From: Dictyostelium discoideum
Lineage: Eukaryota
Reading direction: 5' to 3'
Assembly: GCA_000004695.1 (NCBI GenBank)
Contig: CM000154.2
Span: 1,600,001 to 1,664,000 of the forward strand
Length of the DNA stretch: 64,000 nt
A program made the translations under genes and the position numbers. Positions 43,762 to 60,374 of this stretch are shown piece after piece; the stretch's first letter is position 1; every line of letters begins with the position of its first letter. Below the pieces are notes generated by a model. It was not told the DNA's origin. It ran no database searches and was given only the letters and a program-made list of their open reading frames with translations.

Positions 43762-44799
43762 ATGGGTAATTTAATAATTACAACATTTAAAGGACTATTC
43801 CTTGTATTATATATTGTATTTATATTTTCATGTATTGCATTAAGTGATGCAATTATGATGATTAGTATACCTGTATTATTGGTATCAAGAAGTTATTTTA
43901 GAAAGATTACAAACGCAATTGCACATTTCGGATGGCCATTAATTACATTAGCATTTGAAACATTAGGTAGAAATAAACTTGTTTTCACAGGTGATTCAAT
44001 TAAAGATTATCAAAATTTTGATAACAATCAAAAGAAAGTTTTAGGTAAAGATCGTAATGCATTGGTATTGATTAATCATACATATCATTGTGATTGGTTA
44101 TTATCATTCAGTTTGGGTGAAAGAAGTGGCAGAATTGGGAATATCAAAATAGCAATGAAGGATATAATCAAGTATGTCCCCTTTGCAGGTATTGGCATCT
44201 GGGCAATGGGTTTCATATTCCTATCGAGAAAATGGCAAAACGACCAACCCAAGATCAATAAAGCCTACGAACACCTTCGTAAAGATGGCGAACCATTTTG
44301 GTTCGTTACCCATCCAGAAGGTAGCAGAGTGAGTGAAAAGAATTTAAAAGAGTCTCAAGAATTCTCAAGGTCTCGTGGTTTACCAATTTTGGAGAATCTT
44401 TTAATCCCACGTGTCAAAGGCTTCACCTCATCAGTGGTTGCATTACATGACCAAATCGATGCAGTCTACGACCTAACGGTGGCATATAAAAAGAAGCCTG
44501 GAAATATCTTTAGACTATTATACGGTGCCAATCCAACTGAAATTCATGTTCATGTGCGTAGATTCCCAATTTCGTCAATACCAGTTAACGATATCAAAGG
44601 TGTTGAACAATGGTTATATAAAACTTATCAAGAAAAAGATAGACTATTAAAATCATTCAAAGAGAATGGTTATTTCTCTGATGGTAAATTTTTAGATCAA
44701 CCATTTAAACCTCAAAAATATTTAAAGAATTTATTTGTTTGGATAATTAGTTTATTAATTTTTTTTACAATTTTAATAAATTTATATTTTAAAAAATAA
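43762..44799 (+). CDS. 1-acyl-sn-glycerol-3-phosphate acyltransferase family (AGPAT3/4/LCLAT1-like lysophospholipid acyltransferase), single exon
   Basis: Acyltransferase motif I NHTYHCDW (HX4D), motif III HPEGSR, N-terminal TM segments, C-terminal TM. 345 aa. Confidence 0.85.
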   Translation: MGNLIITTFKGLFLVLYIVFIFSCIALSDAIMMISIPVLLVSRSYFRKITNAIAHFGWPLITLAFETLGRNKLVFTGDSIKDYQNFDNNQKKVLGKDRNALVLINHTYHCDWLLSFSLGERSGRIGNIKIAMKDIIKYVPFAGIGIWAMGFIFLSRKWQNDQPKINKAYEHLRKDGEPFWFVTHPEGSRVSEKNLKESQEFSRSRGLPILENLLIPRVKGFTSSVVALHDQIDAVYDLTVAYKKKPGNIFRLLYGANPTEIHVHVRRFPISSIPVNDIKGVEQWLYKTYQEKDRLLKSFKENGYFSDGKFLDQPFKPQKYLKNLFVWIISLLIFFTILINLYFKK

Positions 44800-44865
44800 A
44801 TAAAAAAAAATAAAATAAAAAAAATAAATATTTGGTGTATTATTATATATAATATATATGATTTA

Positions 44866-44912
<47 letters not shown>

Positions 44913-44946
44913 AAAATTTGTAAGATATCCTTTGTTTTGATATTTA

Positions 44947-45218
44947 TTATGATATAAATACTTTTTGAACCCTTTCGATTGGTTCTATACACATAGGACA
45001 AACTTGAAGGAATTGAGAACAATAGAAACAAATTGCATAATGGCCACACCAAAGTAAAACAGTATCTGATGGTCTTTCCCAACAAACTTTACAACATCTG
45101 TCATCCTTTGAACTTGAACTTATTGTACTATGTAATGTACTATTATCACGTTTATGCTTATGAGTACTATTATTATTATTATTATTATTGTTGTTGCTAT
45201 TTATATTTACACTATTTA

Positions 45219-45290
<72 letters not shown>

Positions 45291-45397
45291 TTTTGTTATT
45301 TCCACTATCTATTAATTCAATGGATAGTTGTTGTTTTAATTGTACATTATTATTATTTATATTATTTATATTATTATTATTATTATTGTTGTTGTTG

Positions 45398-45472
<75 letters not shown>

Positions 45473-46620
45473 ATTGCGTTCAATTGATTTAAACCACTAT
45501 CACTTGATGACCATGAAGATGCTAAAGAATCTGTTGCTGTATTAAATAAAGGAGGCGAATTTAAAGGTTGGGGTGTTGGATGATGTGAGCTATGATACAT
45601 ATTATTACCACCATTTGTTGGTGGTTGATTGCTATTATTATTGTTATTATTATTACTGCTATTATTATTGTTGTTATTATTATTACTACTATTATTATTA
45701 CTATTGTTGCCCCCATTATATATATTATTATTTGAAGAAGAAGCGGCTAAAGATTGTTGTTGTTGTTGTTGTTGTTGTATATTTGAAGAAGTTGGTGAAG
45801 GTTTCATATTTGTAATTTTATTAACTTTACAAAATTTTTCACTTAACATCGTAATGATTTGATAATGTGAGTTTTGTTTCGCAAAAAATATGGCAGTTTT
45901 CCCTACAGCGTCCCTTTTATTCACATCTGCTCCCATATTTAATAAATATTTCACTAAAATTTGATTTCCTTCATTTGCTGCCCACATCAATGGTGTCATC
46001 TTTTGTTTATCACATAAATTAACATCAATCATTATCATACCATTATTATTATTATTATTATTATATAAATTATTACCACTATTATTTAAAGTTGAAGAAG
46101 ATGAAGCACCACCCAATGTGGGTGATGAATTATATGTACTTTCTTTTTCTGACCTATTATTATTATTATTATTATTACTATTATTACAATTATTATTATT
46201 ATTATTATTTAAATCAGTTGTACAAGTAAATAAAATTTCGACTAATTTTTCATCACCTCTTTTAACAGCTGTAATTAATGGAGTTAATGATAATTCAGTG
46301 ACAGAATTTGGGTTTGCACCAGCACGAAGTAATAATGATACTAATTCCTCTTCACCATTGATAACACAATGATGTATTGGTGTTAAACCTGAATTATTTG
46401 GAATATTTATATTGGCACCCATTTTAATTAATTCGATGATCACTGATTTCTTTCCCATTTGTGATGCTATATTTATTAATGTGCTACCTGATGAATCGGT
46501 AATTGAATTGATGTCAACCTTTTTCATTTTTTTCATTATCTTTTTAAATTTTGAAACTCCATATTCACTTTGTATACTTTCAATTGCACGATTTCTTAAC
46601 TTACTTTCTGATTGTCCCAT
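44947..46620 (-). CDS. Ankyrin-repeat protein with a C-terminal C3HC4 RING finger (probable N-myristoylated E3 ubiquitin ligase), single exon
   Basis: N-terminal MGQSESK (myristoylation consensus). ANK repeats (GSTLINIASQMGKKSVIIELIKMGANIN, GLTPIHHCVINGEEELVSLLLRAGANPN, MTPLMWAANEGNQILVKYLLNMGADVN). RING CKVCWERPSDTVLLWCGHYAICFYCSQFLQVCPMC. Long poly-N/Q inserts. Confidence 0.8.
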
Positions 46621-47548
46621 TTTATTATTATTATTATTATTATTATTTTTTTATTTATTTAAAAAATAAAAAATTATTTAAATGGAGATATTATTTATTT
46701 ATTTTTATTATTATTTTTTTTATTATTTTTTTTATTTATTTTTATTTATTTATTTTTATTTATTTTTATTTATTTAATTATTTATTTATTTTTTGGTGGT
46801 TTAAAAAAAAAAAACTTTACCCCTTTTTTTTTTTTTTTTTTTTTTTCCCAACTATCCTTTTTTTTTTTTTTTTCCTTTTTTTTTTTTTTTTTTTTTGTAG
46901 TTTAGAAAAAAACTCTTTTTTATCTCCTTTTTTTTTCCTATAGGAAAACTGATTTTTTTTTTTTTTTTTTTTTTTTGTAAATAATTTATTATTGCTCTTT
47001 TTTTATATGAAAATTTTTTTATTTTTTTTATTTTTTTATTTTTTTATTTTTTATTTTTTATTTTTTTTTGAAATTATAATAAAAAATTTCTATAGTGTCT
47101 TGTTATTTTTAGAATTGAGATATATAATTATTTTTTATTTTTGTATTTTTTTTTTTTTTTTTTTTCAAAAAAAAAAAAAAACTAATTTATTATTAATTTT
47201 TAATGTTAGAGTTTTTTTTTTATGGATATTTTATATGTTGTGTTGTAAAAAAAAATAAAAATAAAAAATAAAAATAAAAATAAAAAAAATGTGAGATGTG
47301 GTTGTTATAAATAAACTATATCAAAAATAAAATTTAAAATAAAAAAAAAATAAATAAAAAAAAAAACACTTCAAAGGGGTTGGTATTTAAAAAAATTCTC
47401 AATTTTTCGGACTTTTAAGATAGTTTTGTGATTTAAATAAATTATAATAGGGATTTTTTTGAAAGATTTTTAAAGGGCCCTTATTTATTATTATGGTTAT
47501 TATTATTTTAACCACGGGGATTTTATTGTAAGTTAAAGGGGGTAAACC

Positions 47549-47648
47549 NNNNNNNNNNNNNNNNNNNNNNNNNNNNNNNNNNNNNNNNNNNNNNNNNNNN
47601 NNNNNNNNNNNNNNNNNNNNNNNNNNNNNNNNNNNNNNNNNNNNNNNN
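47549..47648. other. Assembly gap (100 N)
   Basis: Run of n, flanked by near-identical ~80 bp direct repeats. Confidence 1.
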
Positions 47649-48132
47649 TATTATTATTATTGTTATTATTATTTTTATTATTATTATTTTATTATTATTT
47701 TAAATGTAATAAACTAATAAATAAAATTAAATAATTAAATAATTTAAGAGTTAAAGAATAAAAAAAAAAAAAAAAAATAAAATTAAAAATAAAAAAAAAA
47801 TTAATAAAAAAAAAAACACTTCTAAGGGGTTGGTAATTAAAAATAGAATCAAAATTAAAAAAATAAAAAAAAAATAAAAAAATAAAAAAAAAATAAAAAA
47901 AAAATAAAAAAAATAAAATAAAATAACAATCTTTTTTTTTTTTTTATTTTTTTTTTATTAATCTAGGGGTAAATATTGAATGGTAGTGGTGGTTAAGTTA
48001 CATTTATTTTTGCATTGCAGAGTCGTCGGATATATTACTTTTTATTATTTTTTTTTCCAATTTTTTTTTTCTTTTTTTTTATATATATTTTATTATTATT
48101 ATTATTATTATTATTTTTTTTTATCTATTTAT

Positions 48133-48942
48133 CTATTTATTTAAAAATTTATTTAAATCAAATAATTCTTCCTCTAATTTTTTCTTTTGTTTTTGTAATT
48201 TTCCAAACGATAGTTTTTCTTTTTCTTTTACAATCAATTCATCCAATTGATTGTTTTCGATCATAATTCCTTTATATTGATTTCTTATAAATTCAATCTC
48301 TTCAATAATATTAATATTTATATCATTATCATTATTTTTATTATTATTATTATTATTATCAGTTTCTTTATTTTTATTTTTATTATTTTTATTATTTTTA
48401 AAAGTTAGTTTTACTTTTTTTCCATTTTTTTTTATTTTTTTTTTTATTATCTTTATTTATTTTTTTTATTTATTACATACCTAAAATCATTGGATCATCA
48501 AATTCATTATTGGATTGATTTCCAAATGAATAATCAATATTGTTAAATAAATTGGAAATTAAATTAATGATTTGATGTTTGGTTTGTTCCAAATGTTGAT
48601 TTTCCAAATTATAATTTTCCAATTCTTTATCCAATAATGAAAATTCTTTTTTAATTTTAAATTCCAATTGTATAGTTTGTTCGATTGATGGTTTTTTAGT
48701 GTTTTCAATATTTTCCAATTGAAAATATAATTTCTTAATATCATATTGTTTTTTCGCCACTTCAACTTTTAATTGATGTGATTCCAACTCTAATGATTGT
48801 AATCTTTCACAATTTGTTTTCTTTATAGTTTCATTATATTTTAAACTGGAATAAACTTGTTTTAATCTTTCACTTTGTTTATTAAATAATATATTTAATT
48901 TCATTATTTGATTCTTTAAAATTTCATTATCTTTACAATTTA

Positions 48943-48994
<52 letters not shown>

Positions 48995-49051
48995 TATTTG
49001 ACTTTTTAAATCATTGTGAAAATTATTCTTTTCTTCTTCTTCCATTTTCAT
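48133..49051 (-). CDS. Coiled-coil protein with poly-Asn tracts. complement(join(48133..48413,48481..49051))
   Basis: Heptad-rich sequence (LKNQIMKLNILFNKQSERLKQVYSSLKYNETIKK..LQSLELESHQLKVEVAKKQYDIKKLYFQLENIEN..). Proposed intron GTATGT..AAAG joins to a second coiled-coil exon ending ..KKKLEEELFDLNKFLNK*. No catalytic domain. Confidence 0.5.
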
Positions 49052-49758
49052 AAATTAAATAATTCAAAAGATAGAGTGAATAAAAAAAAATAATAATAAA
49101 AAAAAAAATAATGTTTAAAAGACTAATAGATTTAAAATTGTATTTATACTCTTTTTTTTTTTATTTTTATTTTTTCAATTATTAATTTTTTTTTTTTTTT
49201 AATTAAAATAAATAAATAAACATTTGATTTAATTAACCCATGTTTGTAAATCACGATAATATATTATTAATAGTTTAATGACATTTTTATCCATTTATAG
49301 AGTTTAGTTTTGTTTTGTTTTGTTTTTTTTATTTATTTTATTTTTATTAATTTTATTTTATTTTATTTTTATTTTTTTTAAAAAAAAAAAAAAAGTGTGT
49401 GTGGGTTTAAAATATATAATACAAATGTGGTAAAAAACAGTATTTTTTATTTTTGTTGGATAACACCGTTCATTAAAAAAAAAAAAAAAAAAATTAAAAA
49501 AAATAAATAAAAAAAGGAAAAAAATTTAATAATTAAATTAAGTTTTCAAAATAAAATTTTTTTTTTTTATTTTTTTTTATTTTTTTTCTAAATTAAATTT
49601 TTTTTTTTACTTTTTTTTTATTTTTTTATTATTATTATTATTATTATTTTCCATTCATATATACCATCATCACTTATTAGTTTAAAATTACAAATATAAA
49701 ATAATATAAATTGGGAAGAGGGTAAAAATTATTTTCCATACAGCTTCAAATCAGTATT

Positions 49759-52129
<2,371 letters not shown>

Positions 52130-52257
52130 TGAAAAATACATTTAAATAATAATAAATAATAGTTTTTTTATTATTAAAAACATAAAATATAAATAAATAA
52201 AGTATACAAATACATACTTAAAAGTATTTTTAATAATACATAGTTTATTTGTTTTTG

Positions 52258-55200
52258 TTATTCAGTTTTTAAACCAGTTTTAATTGATTTTTTTAATATT
52301 TTAAAATATTTATGTTTTAAATAATATTCATAAAGTATAAATCTATATACTAGTGTTCCAATTATTAATGGTATAAGCAAAAGTAATAAAAATATAAGAG
52401 GATTAATTTTACTATTACCATTTCCAATGTCATTATCATTTGGTGAGGGTTTTTCTGTTTGATTTGGTTTAATATTATATAAAGAAAATGATTGAATTGA
52501 ATAGTCATCAATAATGTTATAATACTTTCCTTGGATATATGCATATATTGTTGTATTTACACTAATTTTTAAAGAATTATTAATTGAGAAATCATAATTT
52601 TTAAAATTATATAATGGAGGAATTGATTTATAATATGTGTCATTATAATTTGAAATATAAATAAATATTAAATCGTTAATATCTGTTGTGGAACTTGATA
52701 CTAAAGAAATCAGAGTTGATGGATGGAATGATGTTACTAATGGTACCATTTCAATTAAGGGTCTATCTCCATAAACTGTTATTGAAATTGTTGCTTCTGT
52801 TGAATAGAGATAATCATAAGGTTGGTTTGATTTCTCAACGGTTGCAATTGCAACTATATAATATACACCAACATAGTTTGGAGAGAATTTACCAACATAT
52901 TGATAATCATAAGTTGAGCCAGTTGGTTGTTTAATTGCATCAATTAAAAGTGGTATGTTGGATTTGGAATTCGAATATTTAATTGAGAAAAATATTGAAC
53001 AACTTTCACCTGGATAAAGTGTTGTACAACTCATTGTGATGAATTGATTTTTACTTTTATCCAAATAACCTCCTTGACCTGGATTAATTATTGGTTTGTT
53101 TGGACGAAGATATTTCTCTACAGTGTAAATGAAATCTAATATATTACTATTTGCTTTAAAACTATTTACACACATCATTAAAAAGATTGTAATGGTTTCT
53201 TCAGAATTTGGTGATGATAAAAATAAACTTGATGGAAATAGTTGAGATTGAGGTGATGGGATTGTTGCTGGATCATTTTGATTTGATGAATTTATAAACT
53301 CAATAACTGGTAAACAACCATTATCACAATTACCATAGATTGTTACATTTTTATAATAGGTACCTGATGGTTTTGAAACATATGGGTCAGAACATCTATC
53401 TCGTAAGATGATTTCAGAATTTGATGGCTCTGAACAAATAAAATCCTTTGGACAATCAATTGCACTAATTGAAAACTTTTGATATGATAAACTTGGAGAT
53501 AATTTCAAAATTAAACTAGTTCCATTTAATGGTTGTGAATCTTCAGTTGCATCACCATTACCAACTTCAACTTTGAATGATCCAATATGTTGAAAGTTTT
53601 TATTATTTGGATAAATTCCAAAATCAAGAGAGTTTGAAATATATTCACCATATTGTAAAAAAATTGGAGGATCCATTTGATATGTATAAACTAAAACTTT
53701 ACAAATTTGTTTACTATTTAATAATTTATTAAAAAAATTCTAAAAATTAAAAAAAAAATAAAAAAAAAAGAATTTTAAAATTTATTATGATAATTATTAA
53801 AGTGATTCTATTCTATTCTATTCTATTCTTTTTTTTTTTTTTTTTATTTTTAAACTTACTTTAAAATTTTTTGAACAAATACAATAATAACCTTTTTCAA
53901 TTGAAGATATATTAAAAGGATTTAAATATTCTAAACTATTTGAAACTTGAATATCTAAAGATGATTGACAAACTGATAAATCACTTGAACTTTTTATTAA
54001 TGTATATTGATATAAAGTTTTAAGACCAACTAATAATGAATTACTTTGAATTGTAATTAAATAACTATTTGAATCTTTTTGATATTTTGATTTGATAGTT
54101 GGTAATAATTGATCGAAATCAAATGTTAATTTAAAGTATTTTTGAGTAATTCTTGAACATGCTTGATTTATACAACCAATGGCTCTAAGATGTAATAAAC
54201 AACCAAATTCAGGTGTTGTACATTGAATTACTAAATAATCATCTTGAAAATATTCTATACCACTGGAGCTATTTAATAGTGGTGGATTAGTAATACCTTG
54301 ATCAACTATATCATAAAATATACTATAGTTTTTATAAAAGGTAATGGTAGTAATTGAAGTTGAAGTTGTATCCTCTATGGATGGTATTAATATTTTCAAT
54401 GGTACACTATTGGTAAAATTAATTTGATTAGGTGGTGAAATTATTGGTGGTGGTATGGTTGGTTGAACTTTATAAATGAAATCACCTGTAAAACTGAAAT
54501 ATTGATCCAATTTAGAAAGTACTTTAAATGTAATATTATTCATACCAATGGTTGGTTCTGCAATTAAATCGACACCATACTTTGGATTATATTTATTACT
54601 TGGAGGATCTGATAAATCAGTTGAATAATAAATCCATGATGATGAAATACTATTAATTGATGGGGTGGTTTTACAATCAATTAATATAGTCACCTTTACA
54701 TCAAAAATAAGTGTATCACCATTGGAGGCAGAGTATGGTGATGGTGTTAAGGTACAATTAATTAAACCTTGAAATTTATAAATACTTGAGGCAACATCGC
54801 TACTTAAACGACCACTCTTAAATGAACGTACTTTTAATTCTATTGTATCGATATTTGTAAATGTTAAACCTTGACTAGTTGGGAAAGCTATTGATGTTTC
54901 AATTGGATCACTAGAATCAATTGTATAACGTAATGTATAGCCAGTGGTAACTTGAATATCGTATACTAAATTCACTATTGTATCAGTTTTATAGGAACCA
55001 GAAGGTAATGTAAAAGTTGGTGCTGGTAATGGTGGCATACAAGAGAAACTAGATTTATCAAATGAAAAACGACCAAAACAACCACAACTATTGATTTCAT
55101 TTCGAGGTAGTAATGAAGTTGGTGGATAAATATAGCTTAATGATGAGGGACTCTCTTTAAAGGTTGGCATTGTTGGACAAGCAATGCAAGCAAATGGCAC

Positions 55201-58200
55201 TACACTCTTTGGAGAAACAGTTTCATAATCTATATCAATTTGATTAGCTTGTAATGGTAATGTTGATTTTGGAATCACAATTTCAAACTCTATAAAATTT
55301 GAAGATTCTGTTGAAATTGAAATTGAAATATCTTTCATTGTTGTTGGATTTGGTAATGGTGTAATTGATATTCTAGAGATTTTAGTTGTCGATGGTAAAT
55401 TTAATATAACATAGCCAAAACCTGTTTGACCACTCGTACACCAATAGCTATTTGCATTATCATCGAATAAATTATTACAGGTATTACCAGTACCATCATT
55501 ACTACTTGATGAACATGATATTGGTTTAATTTGTTCACCTCTTTCATTAAAAATTCTAACTGAAAGTAAACCAACTTTTTTATCAATATTATTTGAATAA
55601 TAATTATCACTTTTATTATATTGATAGACTGATGAAATTAAAAGTTGTTTTGTTTTCAATAACTTAAATTCACCATCAATACAATCACATTGAGATGGAT
55701 CATTTAAATTTCTAAATGAATTTGTTGGACATTTTGATAGACAATAATTTAAACCACCATTAACTACAAATTCTTTTGAAGTATCTTTACAATGACAAGT
55801 ACAATCGGTTAAATTTAAAGCCAAACCATCGGAATCTAAACAAGATGAAACACAATTACCTTTACATAAAGTTTCACCAATTTGAGGATCACATGAATTA
55901 ATAATCATATCATTTGTATTTTTATAACCTAATTCCTTTGGTGATAATGCTCTGTTATAAGTTTTAAATTCATCAATCATAAAAGAGATTCTATTAAATT
56001 GTGAACCACCAATATATTGATAGTTTGATTGAGCATTGAAAGCTGTAGTTGTGAATATAGTCCTACCAACTCTTTCACCATTTATATAGAAACTAATGAT
56101 ATTATTAGTTTCAACTATAACTGCAAAATGAAAGAATGATGCTGGTATTACCATTGAAGGTACTGTTGAATCTTTGAAAATGATTTGTTGTGTTGATGGG
56201 TTTGTTATTGAAGGTGTAATTGTTTTGTTACTTGCAGTGTAAATGAATGATAATTCCCATGATTGATAAATTCCTGTAATACCAACAATAGAATCAATGT
56301 TTGGTAAATTTGCTGTATCAATTTTTAACCACATTTCAATTGTAGTAGCACGATTTAAAAAATCTGTTGGTAAAATATTACGTGGTGAATTATAATCTGA
56401 ATTTGTGAAAATCAATTGATATTTTGGAGTTACCAAACAACTATCAGTTATGCCATTTGAACCGAACCCTAATCTATTTGAATTAATAGTGAATGCAGAT
56501 GGTGAAGTTGGTATTGTACATTCATATATTGTGTTATTCATTAATGGTGAATAATAACCAATTGGAGTATCAATACATGGTTGAAGGTTATAATTATCCC
56601 AAGTACCTAATTTATATTGTTTTGGTAGACCACATAGGTAAGGACAAAATGGTGAAATACCAATTTTACCATTGCTCAATAGAAAACTGGCAATCGTATT
56701 TTCAGGAATATCTCTACAAATATCACAAACACCATCGAAACCATAATAAAAATTCACTGTAACATCAGTGACACATTCACTGTGATCATAATGTCTACAA
56801 GTTGGATAAGGACATGAATTTGGTGAAACTGTTCCAACGACTGGTGGTATAATTATTGGTGGTGGATAAATGATTGGTTTATTTGTTGATTTTGGATAAA
56901 CTAAATTTAAAACATATCCATCTTGTTGAAATAATAATGAATCTGAACTTTTTACTACATTTGAAAATAAACTAGATGTAATAAATCTAACATTATTCTT
57001 ATTACCAAAATCATACATTAAAATATCAGTACCACCACCACCACCACCATTACCAATACCAACTAATTGTCCTGTACCTGATAATTGATTTAAAATTGTT
57101 AAATCTAATGTTGTTGATTCTATCTTTTTTACCAAATCTCTACAATAACAAATATCTTCAAATGTAATCTTTTTTGATAAACTATAATAAAATGATGATG
57201 TTGTTGAAGAAGATGGTGAAATAATTTGATTAAATGATTTATATATTGAATTTATAATATTAAAATCACAATAAAAATAATTTAAAGAAGTTGATAATAT
57301 TAGAGTACTGCTGCCACTACCTGAAGTTATTAAATTTGAACTTGATTTTATTAAATTTGAAATTAAAAATAAATTTGATTCAATTGATTTTAAATTATTA
57401 AAATTTAAATTTTGATACTCTCCAATAATAATATTCTTTGATTCAATTGATAAATTATTTAATAATAATAATTCATTTACTAATAATCCGATTAAAGTTG
57501 AACTGGTAGTAAATTCTAAATAATATTCTAATAGAGTTTGACCTGCTTCAAATAAATTTGGAATTTGAATTTCAAATTGATTTGTTGATCCAAAAAATAT
57601 ATCAATACATGATAATTGATAATCATTTAATTGTTTTAAATCTTTTAAAATATTTGTTAAAGTTGAATTTATTGATAAATTATAAGTTGATGATGAAGAT
57701 GATACTGCTGCTACTGTTGAATAAGGAGAATAATCTGGTAAAAATTGTAAAATATTTAATAATGAATTTAATGAATTTAAAACTGTATTAATTGAATATG
57801 ATGTTTGATCAATTATTTTCGATTTTAATGGATCTGATAAAATCAATGGATCAATTGGTGATAAAAGTGATTGAATGTTTTTTGGAATTGGTGGTTGTGA
57901 TAAATTTATAAAATTATTAATTATTAATTTAATTTGTTCAATCATTTCATTCCAATATGAATTTGAACGATTATATTGATCAATTGATTGATAATTACTT
58001 AAAAATGATGAAACATAATAAAAATAGGTTTGTTTTGAAGAGAAATAAGATTTAATTGAATTCTTTACATTTAATCCTTTATCAATAAATAATAAAATTA
58101 TTTGAATATCTGATAAATTTGGTGAATCATTATCAATACATCTTGAAATTGGTAAAATAATTTTACAATCTTCTAGATTATTATTATCTGTATAACATTT

Positions 58201-58617
58201 TAATTTTTCATTAAAATTAAATGAACTATTTTTAATATTTTCTATGTTTAACTTTTGTTAAAAAAAAAAATAATAAAATAATAAAATAAAAATAAAAATA
58301 AATGAATATGTTAATATTTTATTTATTTTATAATTATTATAATTAATAATAATTTTTTTACAAACATTTAATTTATTTATTGAAGGATTATTATTTGAAA
58401 AAGTATATTGTTCACATGGTTGTGATTTTTTATTAATTATAAATGATGGGGAATTTAATGTAGTTGGATATCTAAATGAACTATAAATTAAATTTGAAAT
58501 TATTGTCGAATAATAGTTCTCCCATTCAATTTGTGTTTGATTATAAATATTTTCACAATTTGTTTGTGTGAAAATTGTGAAAAATAAAAAAATAAAAATA
58601 ATTTTTGGGAAAAGCAT
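52258..58617 (-). CDS. Very large (~1.9k aa) type I membrane/extracellular adhesion-like glycoprotein with discoidin (F5/8 type C)-like and LamG/ConA-like modules. complement(join(52258..53749,53860..58251,58366..58617))
   Basis: Exon 1 is a signal peptide (MLFPKIIFIFLFFTIFTQTNC). Exon 2 (the 1375-aa ORF) contains a LamG/ConA-like segment (..IEMWLKIDTAN..FHFAVIVETNNIISFYINGERVGRTIF..FMIDEFKTYNRALSPKEL) and a discoidin-like segment (NNLFDDNANSYWCTSGQTGFGYVILNLPSTTKISRISI). Exon 3 is joined by GTAAGT..TTTAG in frame and ends with a single TM helix (INPLIFLLLLLIPLIIGTLVYRFIL) and a short basic tail. Many N-glycosylation sites. Confidence 0.7.
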
Positions 58618-58896
58618 TTTTTTTGATGGAAATTGGCGACCAAAAAAAAAAAAAAAAAAAATCTAAAAAAAACTCTTTTTTATTTTTTTTTTTTTTTTTT
58701 CAAAAACTCAAATTGGAGAACTCAATTACTGAGAGAAAAAAAAAAAAAATTTAGATTTTTAATTTATAGTTTACAATCTAAATTTTAATATTAAAACTGT
58801 AAATTAAAAAAAAAAATGAAATAAAAATATATTTTAGTAAAAAAAAAAAATAAAGAATAATACATTTTTATGATTTTTTATTATTTATTTATTTAT

Positions 58897-60154
58897 TTAT
58901 AATTTTGAATTTAATAATTTATCTTTAATTTCTTTTGAAACTCTAAAACCTGATTCTAAGGCACCTTCCATATAACCAATCCAAACTGAAGCAGTTTCTG
59001 TACCAGCCCAATGAATTCTACCAACTGGAGCACGTAAATGTTCACCACATTGGTAGAGAGTACCTGGACTAGTGTAACCTAAATAACAACCACGTGAATA
59101 TTCTTCTTCTTTCCAACTTTTCTCTAAAAAGATTCTTGGAGATAATGCTTTTGGACCCCACCAACGAGCATAACAGTCTAAGACGGCTCTCTTTCTTTCT
59201 TCTGGTGATTTTTCAGCCCAATCTTTAGCGGCTGAAGCAGCAATGAAACCAACGATAGCTGTTTTCTTATCGTCATGTGAAGAGTCATCATAGCAGATAA
59301 AGATTGGACCTTTATCAGAGATGGCTTCAGCTGAATAACCTTCTTTTCTCCAGAATGGTTCATCATAGATGGTGATGGTTTTAATGACGGAACCCATTGG
59401 CATTCTTTGAGTGAGTTCATCACGTCTTGGTGGCATAGATGGTGAATAATGAATACGGCCAGCCAATGTTGGTGGAATTGCAACAACAATGTATTTTGAA
59501 CGATAAGTTGAACCGTTATCAGTTTTAATGGTACATTGATTGGCATCTTGAATAATGGAACGCACTGGTGCATTTAAAGTGTAATGCTTCTCACCGATTT
59601 TCTTTGCTAAACCTTCAGAGATTTGTTGTGAACCACCAATTAAACGATCTTGTTGTGCTCCACCATGAATATCTGCTAATAAACCATAGTTACCAGCTGT
59701 ACGAATGAAATGTAAGAAAAATAAGAAACTAACTTCAGTTGGTTCTGCGGCAACGCAAACACGACAAAACCAATCGATGATGGATCTTGCGTCATTACCT
59801 TTAACATTCTTCTCCACCCATTGTGCTACTGTTAACTGATCATATTCCTTTGATTTACTATGTGCATATGGTTTATCTGGATTCAATTCGGCTGATAATT
59901 CATCGATCTTGCTAATTGACTCGAATAATCCTTCTAAATTATAACTCTTATTTAAATTACTAATATTACCTTGATAATAAACTTTCTTACCATTAATCTC
60001 TAATACATGTTTACCTTCATCATATTGTGGGAATGATTTAACTCCAAGTTCGTCACATAATTCTTTTAAATATTTATGTGTACCTCCCATCCATTGTCCG
60101 CCTAAATCAAACCAATAATCTTCAACTTTAATTGACTCTGTTCTACCACCAAAT

Positions 60155-60191
<37 letters not shown>

Positions 60192-60196
60192 AAATT

Positions 60197-60234
<38 letters not shown>

Positions 60235-60374
60235 AAATTTTTTAATTAAAAAATTTTACTTACATCTTTTGGTTTTAATACCATTACATTTAAACCAGCT
60301 TTTTTAAATTGATAGGCAGCATTTAAACCTGTTAAACCACCACCAACGATAACAACATCATAGAGTGTCGACAT
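58897..60374 (-). CDS. Flavin-containing monoamine oxidase (MAO-A/B-like amine oxidase). complement(join(58897..60156,60264..60374))
   Basis: FAD dinucleotide fold MSTLYDVVIVGGGLTGLNAAYQFKKAGLNVMVLKPKD|RFGGRT. Collinear with human MAOB through WF..VCVAAEP.EVS, GGSQQISEGL, YIVVAIPPTLAGRIHYSPSMP, MGSVIKTITIYDEPFWR, and the FAD-attachment region W..EEYSRGCYLGY...GTETAS.W.GYMEGA. Intron GTAAGT..AAAG in phase 0. Confidence 0.9.

Noticed and set aside
45033-45862. poly-Tyr / poly-Leu / poly-Cys plus-strand ORFs
   Set aside because: Alternate frames of (ATT)n/(GTT)n repeats inside the minus-strand ankyrin-RING gene.
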